Positions 1-10,770 of a stretch of 64,000 nt of DNA are shown here, one piece after another. The notes under the pieces are model-generated. The model worked only from the letters and a program-made list of their open reading frames with translations, had not been told where the DNA came from and made no database searches. Both the position numbers and the translations under genes were made by a program. Position 1 is the stretch's first letter. Each line of letters opens with the position of its first letter. The DNA is from Scyliorhinus canicula (Eukaryota): the NCBI RefSeq assembly GCF_902713615.1, contig NW_024055744.1:408593-472592 (forward strand), written 5' to 3'.

Positions 1-34
1 ACGAGAAGGCTGGAGAGAGGGGGGGGGGGGGGGC

Positions 35-770
35 AATAGATGTAATATACATGAATTTCAAAACTGTGTTTAATAAATGAATGTACTATTCCCACGTTTG
101 CAGATGACAAAAAATAGGTAGAAAGGCAAGTGGTGAGGATTACAGAAAATCCACAGAGGGACAGAGAATGTGAGGTTAGGCACTTTGGTAGGAGGAAGAA
201 CATAAAGAATTATTATTCAGATGGAGAAATACTGGAGAAAGCTGAAGTAACGGGGGAATTGGGAGTCCTCGTGCAGAAACCACAAAAAGCAAGTTCTGCA
301 GGTAATATGGAGACAAATTGAATGCTGATCTTTATTTTAAAGGGAATAGAATATAAACATGGGGAAGCCTAGCTAAAACTGGGGAATTAGTTAGACAACA
401 CCTGATATATTTTGAATAGCTTTGGTGCCCTTATCTAAGGAAGACAGATTGGTTTTGAAGGCAGTCCAGAGAAGGATCACGAGGTTGATCCCGAGTATGG
501 AGGGATTTTCTTATGGGGAGAGGTTAAGTAGGCTGGGCTGTACTTATTGGAGTTTAGAAGAATGAAGGCGACCTCAGATTCTGGGTCGGTCAGTACACTC
601 AAGGTTGACGGACACATATTTTAAATCAGTAAAAACTTCAAGAGATATGGGGATAAGGCGGGAAAGAGGAATTGAAGATTATCACATCAGATCAGTCATG
701 ACCTCACTGAAGGCTGGACCAGTGTTAATGGGCCCAATGGCCTACATGTGCTCCTACGTCTTGTTGTCTA
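35..770 (+). mobile_element. Degenerate CR1-clade LINE fragment (RT C-terminus plus 3' tail) in the intron after Cmu3
   Basis: TTTGCAGATGAC (FADD RT motif) near 98-109, followed by frameshifted CR1-like coding remnants and a 3' tail resembling other CR1 copies in the window. Boundaries approximate. Confidence 0.7.
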
Positions 771-990
771 TGGTCTCGCTTCATCTAAACCCAATATCAC
801 TGGGTTTAATTCATTGTTCATTCACCTGCATATCAATTTCCCCCTTAAACTCTAAACGCCCAGAGTATTCAGTTAGTGGAATTACCAATCAGAATGGACC
901 ATAAATACACTGAATGCTAAATACTGACCGCTGCACTGACACTGGAAATAGACACAATGGCTCAATTATTGCTTCAGTCTCACCGCTCAC

Positions 991-1299
991 CTATTTTTTT
1001 GTGAATTGAAATTCTTAAAGGAGTTGGCAGGTCCTGATGGCTCGCCACACAGTCAAACACAGCCCCACTCAGCCAGGCTTGTGTCGAGATGTTTAATTTG
1101 CTGACCACGCTCTCAGTATCTGCCCCAGGCTGGTCGGCGATCTCTGATTTCAGCGGCTTCTTCGCTTCACTCCAGGACACGTTGACTCCATAAGGAGCAT
1201 TCGAAATGACGCAGGTTAAGGTTACAGTCGCCTCCAGTAAGACCTGTTCTATTGGTGGTGGCTGTATTGTTACTGAGGCATCAGTGCAAACGGAAGGAT
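991..1299 (-). CDS. IGHM: IgM heavy chain constant exon CH3
   Basis: Acceptor ttcacag|AT at 1299 and donor G|GTGAGC at 991; 309 nt, phase 1/1, open frame: [104 protein letters not shown]1-set C-W-C pattern, resembles shark Cmu3. Confidence 0.95.
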
Positions 1300-1737
1300 C
1301 TGTGAATGAAAAAAGTGTAAATCAACCCAAGTTTGATCTTCAGAATCAGGTCAGCAGGATTCAGCCTGAACTCTAAATGGGAATAAATCAACTTCGAAAC
1401 ATCAACCTCGAAATAATCAACTTCGAAGCATCAACCCCTAAAGATCGCCTTTAATCCTCGATACGCATTGGAAAATCAGTTTGGTTTCTGAAAACTATTC
1501 TCATTGTGAAATACAGTCAGCCCTGATATCATTCTAACGAATCAGTATTGCAGCATTCCCAATACAAATATTCAATTCCTGATCTCAGGGACGAAGTACT
1601 GGAGGCTGATCCATAAATAGGTTGGATGAACTTTCCAACACTTCCCCCGGAGCTGTTATCAGTTAAAGGTTCCAGACACCCACTGACTCTCAAATATAAT
1701 CAGCTGTCTGAGGATAAAGCTGATATCAAGTCCACCA

Positions 1738-1918
1738 GGGGCTGGTTTAGCACAGGGCTAAATAGCTGACTTTTAAAGTAGACCAAGTAAGGCCAGCAGC
1801 GTGGGTTCAATTCCCATACCAGCCTCCCCGAACAGGCGCCGGAATGTGGCGACGAGGGTTTTTTCACAGTAACTTCATTTGAAGCCTACTTGTGACTATG
1901 AGCGATTTTCATTTCATT
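1738..1918 (+). mobile_element. tRNA-derived SINE (GGGGCTGGTTTAGC...TTTTCATTTCATT family)
   Basis: A-box-like GGTTTAGCACAGGG, B-box GGTTCAATTCC and TTTCA tail. Same family recurs at ~6,230-6,330, 10,769-10,944, 26,000-26,155 and 33,220-33,400. Confidence 0.8.
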
Positions 1919-2152
1919 GATTCACCTCACTCACTAAATTACTTCAAATTATAGGAATACATTTATTTCTATATTCATAAAATCGTGAATGGTCAGCAAT
2001 CCTAATGCAGCTCTTCCATCAGAATGAAACACAAACTAATGGCAGTAAATTAGAAGTTATTCTGTGTTTTGCACTAACTTCAATAAATTCCTGATTTGGA
2101 TTAACATCAGAGTGCAGGATGATTTATTGTTTCCTCTGTTTGTGTCTCTTAC

Positions 2153-2461
2153 CAGACGCGGTGATGTTGTGACTTTGGGTGACCTCTTGATGAGTGACCT
2201 GGCAGGTATAGACCGCTTTGCTGAACCATTCCCCAGCGGAGACTGCCAGCCGACTGCTCGCCGAGAAGTTCCCGTTAACTTCACAGGCGGGGGAGGTGAC
2301 AATTCCTGAACCCATGGGTTGTCCATTCTTCAGCCACTTCACCGTGATTGAATTTGGCTGGAAATCGTAAATTGAACAGACGATCGTTGCAAATTTCTGT
2401 CTTGTGATTTCTTCACTGGAACTCACGGTGAGGAGAACATTTGGAGCATAAATTCTGGGAC
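2153..2461 (-). CDS. IGHM: IgM heavy chain constant exon CH2
   Basis: Acceptor tcttgaag|GT at 2461 and donor G|GTAAGA at 2153; 309 nt open frame: [103 protein letters not shown]. Confidence 0.95.
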
Positions 2462-2658
2462 CTTCAAGAAACACAATAAGATATTTCTTGCAGAAAAAAT
2501 TGATGAAAAAAATAAGTTCATATGCTTTAAAACATGTTTGTGGTCAATAGACACAAAGCTGGATTTTCCAGGGATCAGAAATATGCAGAGTATTAAAATT
2601 AGTTATATCCAAGATCCTATACAAGGTTTCTGATTCTCACAGATTCCACAACACTTAC

Positions 2659-2958
2659 ATGTCATTCCAATGCTCTTGTCTGAGCCGCTGTGTCGAACCT
2701 CACAGCTGATTTTGCTGCATCCCCCCTCTGACTCTGTGATGATTAACTGGCTGCTCAGGGTGTAGGTTCCCTTCTTGTTTCTCACTGACGGGTATTTCTT
2801 AACTCCAGTGATGATCGGCTGCCCATCTTTCTTCCAGGTAAGGCTGGTGATTTCTGGGGAGTAGTCCATCGCCAAACAGCCGTAGGTCACGGAGCCGTCG
2901 GTGTTGTGTTGCTGACAGGAGGAGACCAGGCTGTAGAGAGTGGGCGGAGACAGTGTCG
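2659..2958 (-). CDS. IGHM: IgM heavy chain constant exon CH1
   Basis: Acceptor ctctcccag|CG at 2958 and donor T|GTAAGT at 2659; 300 nt: [100 protein letters not shown]. Typical elasmobranch Cmu1, including the SSC cysteine usually assigned to the light-chain bond. Confidence 0.95.
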
Positions 2959-3280
2959 CTGGGAGAGAATGGCCAATTGAACAAGTTAGACTCTGGGATT
3001 GTATTTATTCAGTAACCAAACATTTCAAAATTTGACGAGAACTATGTGTTTATTCCAACATTTTCCTAACAAATGCTACATCCACATTTCAGCTTCTATT
3101 AGTTCTATCATTTGAGAACCTCCATCTGTTGACCCCCCTCATTAGAAACTCACATCTTCCTCCGTCTCTATCACCTGGCATAAAACAACATTTTGATGCA
3201 ATCTGAATGATGTAATTTGCATTGGATTGAACGCGAAAAGCGGAATATTTTCCCCATTATGTCAGCCATCATGTAAAACA

Positions 3281-3420
3281 GTAAGAAGTCTTACAACACC
3301 AGGTTAAAGTCCAACAGGTTTGTTTCAAACACGAGCTTTCGGAGCACGGCTCCTTCTTCAGGTGTTGTAAGACTTCTTACTGTGCTCACCCCAGTCCAAC
3401 GCCGGCATCTCCACATCATG
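3281..3420. mobile_element. Short Penelope-like-element terminal fragment with internal inversion, flanked by a 13-bp target-site duplication
   Basis: Direct repeat ATCATGTAAAACA at 3268-3280 and 3421-3433. Internal 23-bp perfect inverted repeat at 3278-3300 / 3361-3383. Same sequence family flanks the Penelope-like ORF remnant at 42.1-43.1 kb. Confidence 0.75.
3328..3366 (-). ncRNA. Minimal type I hammerhead ribozyme motif (Penelope-associated)
   Basis: Minus strand AACAC-CUGAAGA-A-GGAGC(cgu)GCUCC-GAA-AGCU-C-GUGUU: stem I AACAC/GUGUU, CUGANGA and GAAA cores, stem II GGAGC/GCUCC, palindromic AGCU stem III, NUH site CUC. One extra A after A9. Activity not demonstrated. Confidence 0.55.
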
Positions 3421-3436
3421 ATCATGTAAAACAAAA

Positions 3437-3638
3437 TGTAATATCCCATAGTCCCGAAGACTGCTCTCTCCGTTTGAGAGCTGACTGGTGGTGATTTAAC
3501 CTGAGGGTCACCACACCTCAGGCCATCGGCAAGGTTGAGAATGGGGGTCTTCATGAATAACCTCAGCCGGTGCAGCAATTGAACCCGCGCTGCTGGGATT
3601 GATCTTCATTACGAACCAGCCGCCCAGCTAACTGAGCT
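3437..3638 (-). mobile_element. tRNA-derived SINE whose 5' A-box seeds the adjacent tandem array
   Basis: Minus strand begins AGCTCAGTTAGCTGGGCGGCTGGTTCGT (A-box-like) with B-box GGTTCAATT near 3578-3586. Confidence 0.65.
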
Positions 3639-3971
3639 GTGTACGTCACAATCCAGCGGACTGAGTTGTGTACGTCACAATCCAGCTAACCGAGCTGTGT
3701 ACGTCACAATCCAGCTAACTGAGCTGTGTACGTCACAATCCAGCTAACTGAGCTGTGTACGTCACAGTCCAGCTAACTGAGCTGTGTACGTCACAATCCT
3801 GCTCCCTGATTTGTGTACGTCACAACCCAGCTAACTGAGCTGTGTACGTCACAATCCAGCTAACTGAGCTGTGTACGTCACAATCCAGCTAACTGAGCTG
3901 TGTACGTCACAATCCAGCTAACTGCGCTTTGTACGTCACAATTCAGCTAACTGAGCTGTGTACGTCACAAT
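3624..3971. repeat. Tandem array, 12 x 29 bp (CCAGCTAACTGAGCTGTGTACGTCACAAT)
   Basis: Counted directly: 12 units in exact 29-bp phase, 19 AGCT tetramers, and GTACGTCAC in every unit. Confidence 0.95.
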
Positions 3972-4339
3972 CAACAGCACTTTCTGATCAAGAAGTTGTC
4001 TCTTCATTTATATCTTTGCGGTTTTGGGAAATTCCCTTTGTTCAAACTGACTGATGCCCCCTCCTCTCTCCATCTCACTACCCCCACTCCCCAAACCAGA
4101 GAATAGTGACTTTGCTTGAAAAATACCTTCGGAATGCACATTTATATAATTACAACAAAACTCTAAATTTGAGTAAGAGCAACATTCCCTAATTTTAGGA
4201 TCATGAACATTAACAGCGGGAGGCGGCCATTCGGTCAGTCGAGCCTCCTCCCCCATTCAATAAGATCCTGGCTGTGCTGATTGTGATGTTAACTCCACAT
4301 TCCGCCTGTCACTGAGACCGGGCTGTCTGCAATCCCCCC

Positions 4340-5125
4340 GCTCCACGCCCCGCGCTCTCTGTGCGTTCCCCCATCTCTCTGCGGTTCCCGCTGGATCTCT
4401 GCACCATTCGCCCGCTCCCGTCACTTTCTTGCAGTTCTCTGCTCTTTTCCACGGATCTCTGCACTTTCCCTCGACTCTGCATTTTTCCCCGGCTCATTGT
4501 GCTTTGCCCATGTGCGCTGCACTTTTCCCAGTTCTTTGGGGCTTTTCCCGGTTCCTGGCACTTTCCCTGGGCCCTTTGAGCCTTTCGCCAGCACCGTGCA
4601 CTTTACCCCGATTCTTACCGCTTATCGCCCACTTCATGGACTTTCTTCCGTCTCTCCTCACTTCACCCGGCTCCCAGCACTTCCCCCGGCTCTTTGCGTC
4701 TTCCCCCGGCTCCCTGCACTTCCCCCAGCTCCCAGCACTTCCCCCGGCTCCCAGCACTTCCCCCGGCTCCCAGCACTGTGCTCCTTGCCCCGGCTCTCTG
4801 CTCCTCCTCCCGGCTCTCTGCGCTTTCCCCCGGCTCTCTGCACCTGCCCCCGGCTCTCTGCACCTTTCATCTGCTCTCTCTGATTCTTTCCAGCTCTCTG
4901 CCCTTTTCTCCGGCTCTCTGTGCGTTTCCCCACATCTCTGCCCTTTCTCCCCAACTCTGTCTTTTCGCCGCCTCTTTGCTCTTCTCCCCGCCCTCTCTGG
5001 CCTCCGACGCCTTTCCTCCGGCTCTCTGCACTTTCCCCAGGCTCTCCGCACTTTCCCCCGGCTGTCCACACTTTCCTCAGGCTCTCTGCGCCTTTCCTCC
5101 GGCTCCCGCCGCTCCCGTGTCATGA
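4340..5125. repeat. Degenerate ~19-21 bp repeat (CAGCACTTCCCCCGGCTCC), G-rich on the IgM sense strand
   Basis: Repeated C4-C5 runs with cggctc / gcactt on the plus strand. Overlapping low-complexity ORFs in most frames derive from it. Confidence 0.9.
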
Positions 5126-5214
5126 GCCACATTCGGGCGCCACTCGTCATCAGTTTCGCTCCAGTTCTCTATTCCTCTCTCGTTGCAGACGCCCCCGTGC
5201 CGATTTCCTGAGTA

Positions 5215-7810
5215 TGAGTTACTGTGGGTGAGTTAGTAACTGAGTGAGGGTAGGAGGGTAAGTGCGGGTGAGTGAGTAACCGAGTGAGGGTCGGAGAGTG
5301 CGTGCCCGTGAGTGAGTTGGGATAGATGAGTGTTGATGAGTGGCAAATCAGGGTGACTGACTGAGTCAGGGTGAATGGGTGAGTGTGCGTCACCGAGGAT
5401 GAATCAGTCAAAATGAGTGATGCTGGGTGAGTGAGGTTGTGTAGTGAGTGTGAGTGAAGATGAGTGAGCGAGGGTGGGTGAGAGAGGGTGGGTGTGAGGT
5501 GGGGGAGTCAGGGGATTGACTGCCAGTGAGTGAATGGAGTGGGTGAACAAATGAGGTGGAGTCAGTGAGCGTGGGTGCGTGAGGTTGGGTGAGTGAGGGA
5601 GGATGAATGAGTCAGGATGAATGAGTCAGGATGATTGAGTGAGGGTGAATGAGGGAGGATAAATGAGTGAGTGTAGGTGAGTGAGGACGTATGAGTGTGG
5701 CTAAGTGAGCGAGGCGTGTCATTGATAATTAGTGGGAGGGTGAGTGAGGGTGGGTGCGTGATGGTGGTAAAGTGAGTGAGGGGATGGTGTGGGTGGATGA
5801 GGGTGTGTGTATGAGTTTGGGTGTGTGAGTGAGGGTGAATTAGGGTGCGTGAATGAGAGTGAGAGAGTGAGTGTGGGTGAGTGGGAGTGAGTGTGGGTGA
5901 GGGAGTAAATGAGGGCGAGTGATAGTGGGTGACGGTGAGTGGGTGTGTCCGGTGTGTGAGTGAGGAAGTGTGAGTGAAGGCGCGTGAAAGAGGGTGGGTA
6001 CAAGTCTTTGTAAGTGAGGGTGAATGAGTGAGGCTATGTGAGTGAGGGTGAAATGCGTCAGGGTAGGCGTGTGAGGGAGGACGGAGGAGTGATGATGAGT
6101 TAGAGGGTGAGTGAGTGTGGGTGAGTTAGGGTGAGTGATGGTAGTTGAATGAGGATGAGGGAGAATGTGTGAGTGAGTGTGGGTTACTGAATGAGGGTGT
6201 GTGAGAATGAGTGAGGGTGGGTGGGAAATGAAGTGAAATGAAAATGAAATGAAAATCGCTTATTGTCACGAGTAGGCTTCAAGTAAGTTACTGTGAAAAG
6301 CCCCTAGTCTCCACATTCCAGCGCCTGTTCGGAGAGTGAGGGTGGGTGAGTGAGTGACGATGGGTGAAGGTGGGTGGGTGTTTCAGGATGAATGAGTGAG
6401 GGAGGGTGAGTGAATCAGGGTGGGTGAGTGAGGGAGAGTGAGTGAGAGTGTGTGAATGAGAGTGAGTGAGCTAGGTTGGGGGAGTAAGGGTAAGACAATA
6501 AGGGTGAGTGATGGTGAATGAGGATTGGTGAGTGTGTGCGGGTGCGAGTGAGGGTAGGTGAGTGAGAATGTGTCAGGGAGGGTGGTGGGTGAGTGTGTCA
6601 GGGAGGGCGGGTGAGTGAGAGAATCAGGGAGTGTGGGTGAGTGAGGGTGGGAGATTGAGACTGTGTCAGGGAGAGTGGGTGAGTGTGACTGTGCCAGGGA
6701 GGGTGGGTGAGTGTGAGTGGGTGAGTGAGAGTGTGTCAGGGAGGGTCGTTGACTGAGAGTATCAGGGAGGGTGGGTGAGTGAGAGTGTGTCAGGGAGTGT
6801 GGGTGAGTGAGAGTGTGTCAAGGAGGGTCGGGGAGTAAGAGTGTGTTAGGGAGGGTGTATGAATGAGTGTGTCAGGGAATGTGGGTGAGTGAGAGTGTGT
6901 CAGGGAGGGTGGGTGAGTGAGTTTGTGTCAGAGAGAATGGGTGAGTGTGTGTGTGTCAGGGAGGGTGGGTGGGTGAGAGTGTGTCGGGAGGGGGGTGTGA
7001 GTGTGTGTGTGTCAGGGAGGGTGGGTGAGTGTGTGTGTGTGTCAGGGAGGGTGTGTGAGTGAGAATGTGTCAGGGAGGGTGGGTGAGTGAGAGTGTGTCA
7101 GGGAGGGTGGGTGTGTGAGTGTGTGTCAGGGATGGTGGGTGAGGGAGTGTGTCAGGGAGGGTGTGTGAATTAGAGTGTGTCAGTGAGGGTGGGTGTGAGT
7201 GTGTCAGGGAGGGTGGGTGAGTGAGAGTGTTTAAGGGAGGGTGGGTGAGTGAGAGTGTGTCAGGGAGGGTCGGTGAATGAGTGTGTGTCAGGGAGGGAGG
7301 ATGAGTGAGTGTGGAACGTGTGAGTACGCTTGGGTGAGTGTTCAAGAGTGAGGGTGGGTGTGACAGTAGATGGGGGGTATGCGAGGGTGTGTAAATGAGG
7401 GTGGGAGTGTGAGGATAGTTGAGTGAGGGTAGGTGAGTGAGGTTGAGTGAATGAGGGTGGGTGAGTGAGGATGGATGGAATGGTAGGTGAGTGAGGCTGA
7501 GTGAATGAGGGTGGGTGAGTGAGGGTGGATGAGAGGGTAGGTGAGTGAGGGTGGGTGTCAGGGTAGGTGAGTGAGGGTGGGTGTGAGGGTGGGTGAGTGA
7601 GGGTGAGTGTGAGGGTAGGTGAGTGAGGGTGGGTGTGAGGGTGGGTGAGTGAAGGTGAGTGTGAGGGTAGGTGAGTGTGAGGGTAGGTGAGTGAGGGTGG
7701 GTGTTAGGATGGGGGAGTGAGGGTCAATCAGTGACTGTGAGCATGGTGAATGAGGGTAAGTGAATGAGTGAAGATAGGTGAGTGAGTGAGTGAGTGACCG
7801 TGTGTGAGTG
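5215..7810. repeat. Low-complexity GGGTGAGTGA / GTGTCAGGGAGGGTGGGTGAGTGAGA tract, interrupted by a SINE fragment at ~6,230-6,330
   Basis: About 2.6 kb almost devoid of C on the plus strand; a ~26-28 bp higher-order unit is visible at 6,590-7,300. Confidence 0.9.
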
Positions 7811-7985
7811 ATCATTCCCGGGTGCTCCCAGCCCATTAGGACGATGTTTCCCTGGATGATTTTCCGCTCAGGCTCAGCTTTCTGTTGCCTGTTATCCACA
7901 GCCGAGCTGGGGGCTCCTCCATTCGGCTCCCCACCCCCTCCTCTTCCTCTCCATCCATCCTGTCCTTATTCTCCACATTGATCAG

Positions 7986-8114
7986 CTTTCAGTAACACTG
8001 GCTGTGTACAGTCAGACAGCAGTGTAGATCACTGGGCAGCTGCTTTAATACTTTCAGTAACACCGGCTGTGTAAAGTCAGACAGCAGTGTAGATCACTGG
8101 GCAGCTGCTTTAAT
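7986..8114. repeat. Two-copy 65-bp direct repeat
   Basis: CTTTCAGTAACAC(T/C)GGCTGTGTA(C/A)AGTCAGACAGCAGTGTAGATCACTGGGCAGCTGCTTTAAT starts at 7986 and 8051. Confidence 0.9.
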
Positions 8115-8249
8115 GCCGATGTCATTTCATTTTTCACTAAACAATTCAGAACTGGAACAATGAACATTTCTGCAACTTAATGCATTTTCATTTTGCAAAT
8201 GGGAATTTTTAGTAATATTATTGCAATACTGTGTCAGAGAGAGTGTGTT

Positions 8250-8945
8250 GTATTTCTTCATTCTTGTGATGTAGACGTCTCTGGCTCGGCCAGCAATTAT
8301 TTCCCATTCCTTATTGCACTTGACAAGATGGTGGTGAGCTTCCTTCATCAACCACTCAGTCCATCTGGTGTTGTGTCGGGGGCAGTTACAGGATGTTGAA
8401 ACAGCGAAATTGAAGGAATGGTGTTGAGTGACCTGGGGAAGAACTTACAGTTGGTGTGTCTGCTGTCCTTGTCCACATTGTAATGTCATGGGTTTCGAAG
8501 GTATTGTCTAAGGAGTCTTCATGAGCTTCTGCAGTGGATCTTTAGATGGTAGACAAGCTTTGGGGAGACAGGAGTTGAGTTTTACACCGCAGGATTCCTC
8601 ACCTCTGATCAGTTCTTCTGGCCACAAATTGTACGTGGCTCATCCAGATCACTTTCAGGTCCATGTTAATCCCTCGCATGTTGATGGTGGGGGATTCAAT
8701 GATGAATGCCAAGAGGTGATCATAAGATCCATTCTTGCTGGAGTGACCATTTCCTTCAAGTGTGTGACGTGATTGTTACTGACCACTTGATAGCCGAAGC
8801 CTGGACATAGCCCCCATCTTGTTTTATTTGCAGATAAACCTCTTCAGTATCTGCACAGTTAATAATGGTGCTGAACAAGCTGCAATCATCAGAGAACAAC
8901 CCCACTTCTCACTTTATGATTTAAAGAAGGTCATTGGCGAATAAA
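8250..8945 (-). mobile_element. 3' fragment of an L2/CR1-group LINE
   Basis: Reverse complement matches the 3' end of the larger LINE at 56.3-59.7 kb (e.g. GAAGGxAGCTCAxxxCCAxCTTGxCAAG...CAATxAGG). Confidence 0.6.
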
Positions 8946-9169
8946 CTGAAAACACAATGCTCTGAGGAACTTTTGATGTGATGTCCTGGAATTCAGATGA
9001 TTAACCTCCAGCAGCGGAAACCATCTGCCTTGGTGCTGGTTATGACTCCAACCAGCAGAGATTGTTCTCCTGGTTTCCATCGATTCCATTTTTGTTTGGG
9101 TTGCTTGACGCCACACTCGTTCAAATGCTGCCTTGATGTCAAATTCAGTCATTTTCACCTGTGTGTCGA

Positions 9170-10770
9170 AGAGTGCGTGTGCGTGAGAGAGTGTGCGTAT
9201 GTGGCTGCATATGTATGTGCATACATGCGTGTAAATGTGTGTGTGTTTCTGAGAGAGATAGATCAAGACTGTGTGTATGAGAGAGTGCATGTGTGAGTGT
9301 GCAAGAAAGCATGTGTGCAAGAGAGCATGTGTTTGAGAGAGCATGTGTGTGAGAAACTGTGNNNNNNNNNNNNNNNNNNNNNNNNNNNNNNNNNNNNNNN
9401 NNNNNNNNNNNNNNNNNNNNNNNNNNNNNNNNNNNNNNNNNNNNNNNNNNNNNNNNNNNNNNNNNNNNNNNNNNNNNNNNNNNNNNNNNNNNNNNNNNNN
9501 NNNNNNNNNNGAACACGTACGTGTGAGAGAGTGTTTGTGTGAGAGAGCGTATGTGTGAGAAAGCCTGTGTTCACCAGCATGCAAGAATGTGTGTGAGAGA
9601 GTGTGTATGTGAGCGAGAATGTGTAGTGGAGCACGTGTGTGTGAGAGTGTGTGTGCGATAGAGTATGTGTGAGCGAGCATGTGTGGCAAAGCATGTATGT
9701 GTGAGAGAGTGTGTGTGTGTGACAGAGCATGAGTGTGAGAGGGTACGTGTGGTGGAGCACGTGTGTGTGAGAGAGTGTGTGTAAGAGAGCATGCATGTGA
9801 GAGAGCGTGTGTGCACGAGAGCATGTGTGTGAAAGAATGTGTGAGAAAGCCTGTATACGAGAGAGTGTGAGTGCGAGCTACCATGTATGTGAGAGACCGA
9901 ATGTGTGAGATAGAATATGTGTGAGAGAGCATGTGTGCAAAAAGACACGTGTGTGTGAGAAACCATATGTATGAGAGAGAGCGTGTGCCTCAGAGAGCAT
10001 GTATGTGAGAGAGCATGTATGTGAGAGAGCATGTGTGTGAGAGAGTGTGTGTGGAAGAGAGCCTGTGTGTGTGAGAGAATGTGTGCAAGAGTGTGTGTGT
10101 GAACACATGTGTGTCAGAGAGTGTGTGCAAGAGAGAGGTTCTGTGAGAGAGGGTATGTGTGAAAGAGCATGTGTGCAAGAGACCATGTGTGCAAGTGAGC
10201 CTGTGTGTGAGAGAGTGTGAGAACGAGAGAGTGTGTGTGCGAGAACATGAGTGCAAGAGAGCGCATGTGTGAGAGAGTGTGTGGGTGAGAAAGCATGTGT
10301 GAGAGGGAGCATGTGTGTGAGTCTGGGAGAGAGCATGTGTGCGAGCTTGTGTGCGAAAAAGCATGTGTGCAAAAGAGCGCGTATGTGAGAGAGCATGGTG
10401 TGCAAGAGACTGTGTATGAGAGCACGGGTGTGTGGGAGAGCGTGTGTATGAGAGAGCATGTGTATGAGAGAGAGTGCGTGTGAGGGTGCGTGTGTGCAAG
10501 AGATAATTTATGCGAGAGAGAGTGTGTGTGAGAGAGAGCCTGTGAGAGAGGGAGATTGAGTGTATGAAAGAGAGTAATAATGTGCCTCTGTGTGTGTTTG
10601 TGAGAGAGTGTGAGATATATATGCTATTTTTGGGAGTGAGACTGTGATAGTGCATGTGAAACAGTGTGCAGGTGTGTTTGGGAGATTGCATGTGAGAAAG
10701 AATGAGAGTGTCTGAGAGCGAATGCATTTGAGAGAGAATGAGTGTGTGGAAGAGAAATAGAGAGGGAGAT
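9170..10770. repeat. Compound (GT)n/(GA)n minisatellite (GAGAGAGCATGTGTGT units) containing an assembly gap at 9,362-9,510
   Basis: Visible directly. The His/Thr/Ser-rich ORFs here are artefacts of it. Confidence 0.9.

Noticed and set aside
3215-3222. Perfect octamer ATTTGCAT near CH1 (also at 19,084 and 57,817)
   Set aside because: Three hits in 64 kb is about chance level, one is inside a LINE, and none has supporting neighbouring motifs.
3624-3971. 29-bp and 25-bp (61.6-62.8 kb) repeats as CRISPR arrays
   Set aside because: Units are directly adjacent with no unique spacers, there are no cas genes, and the context is a vertebrate genome.
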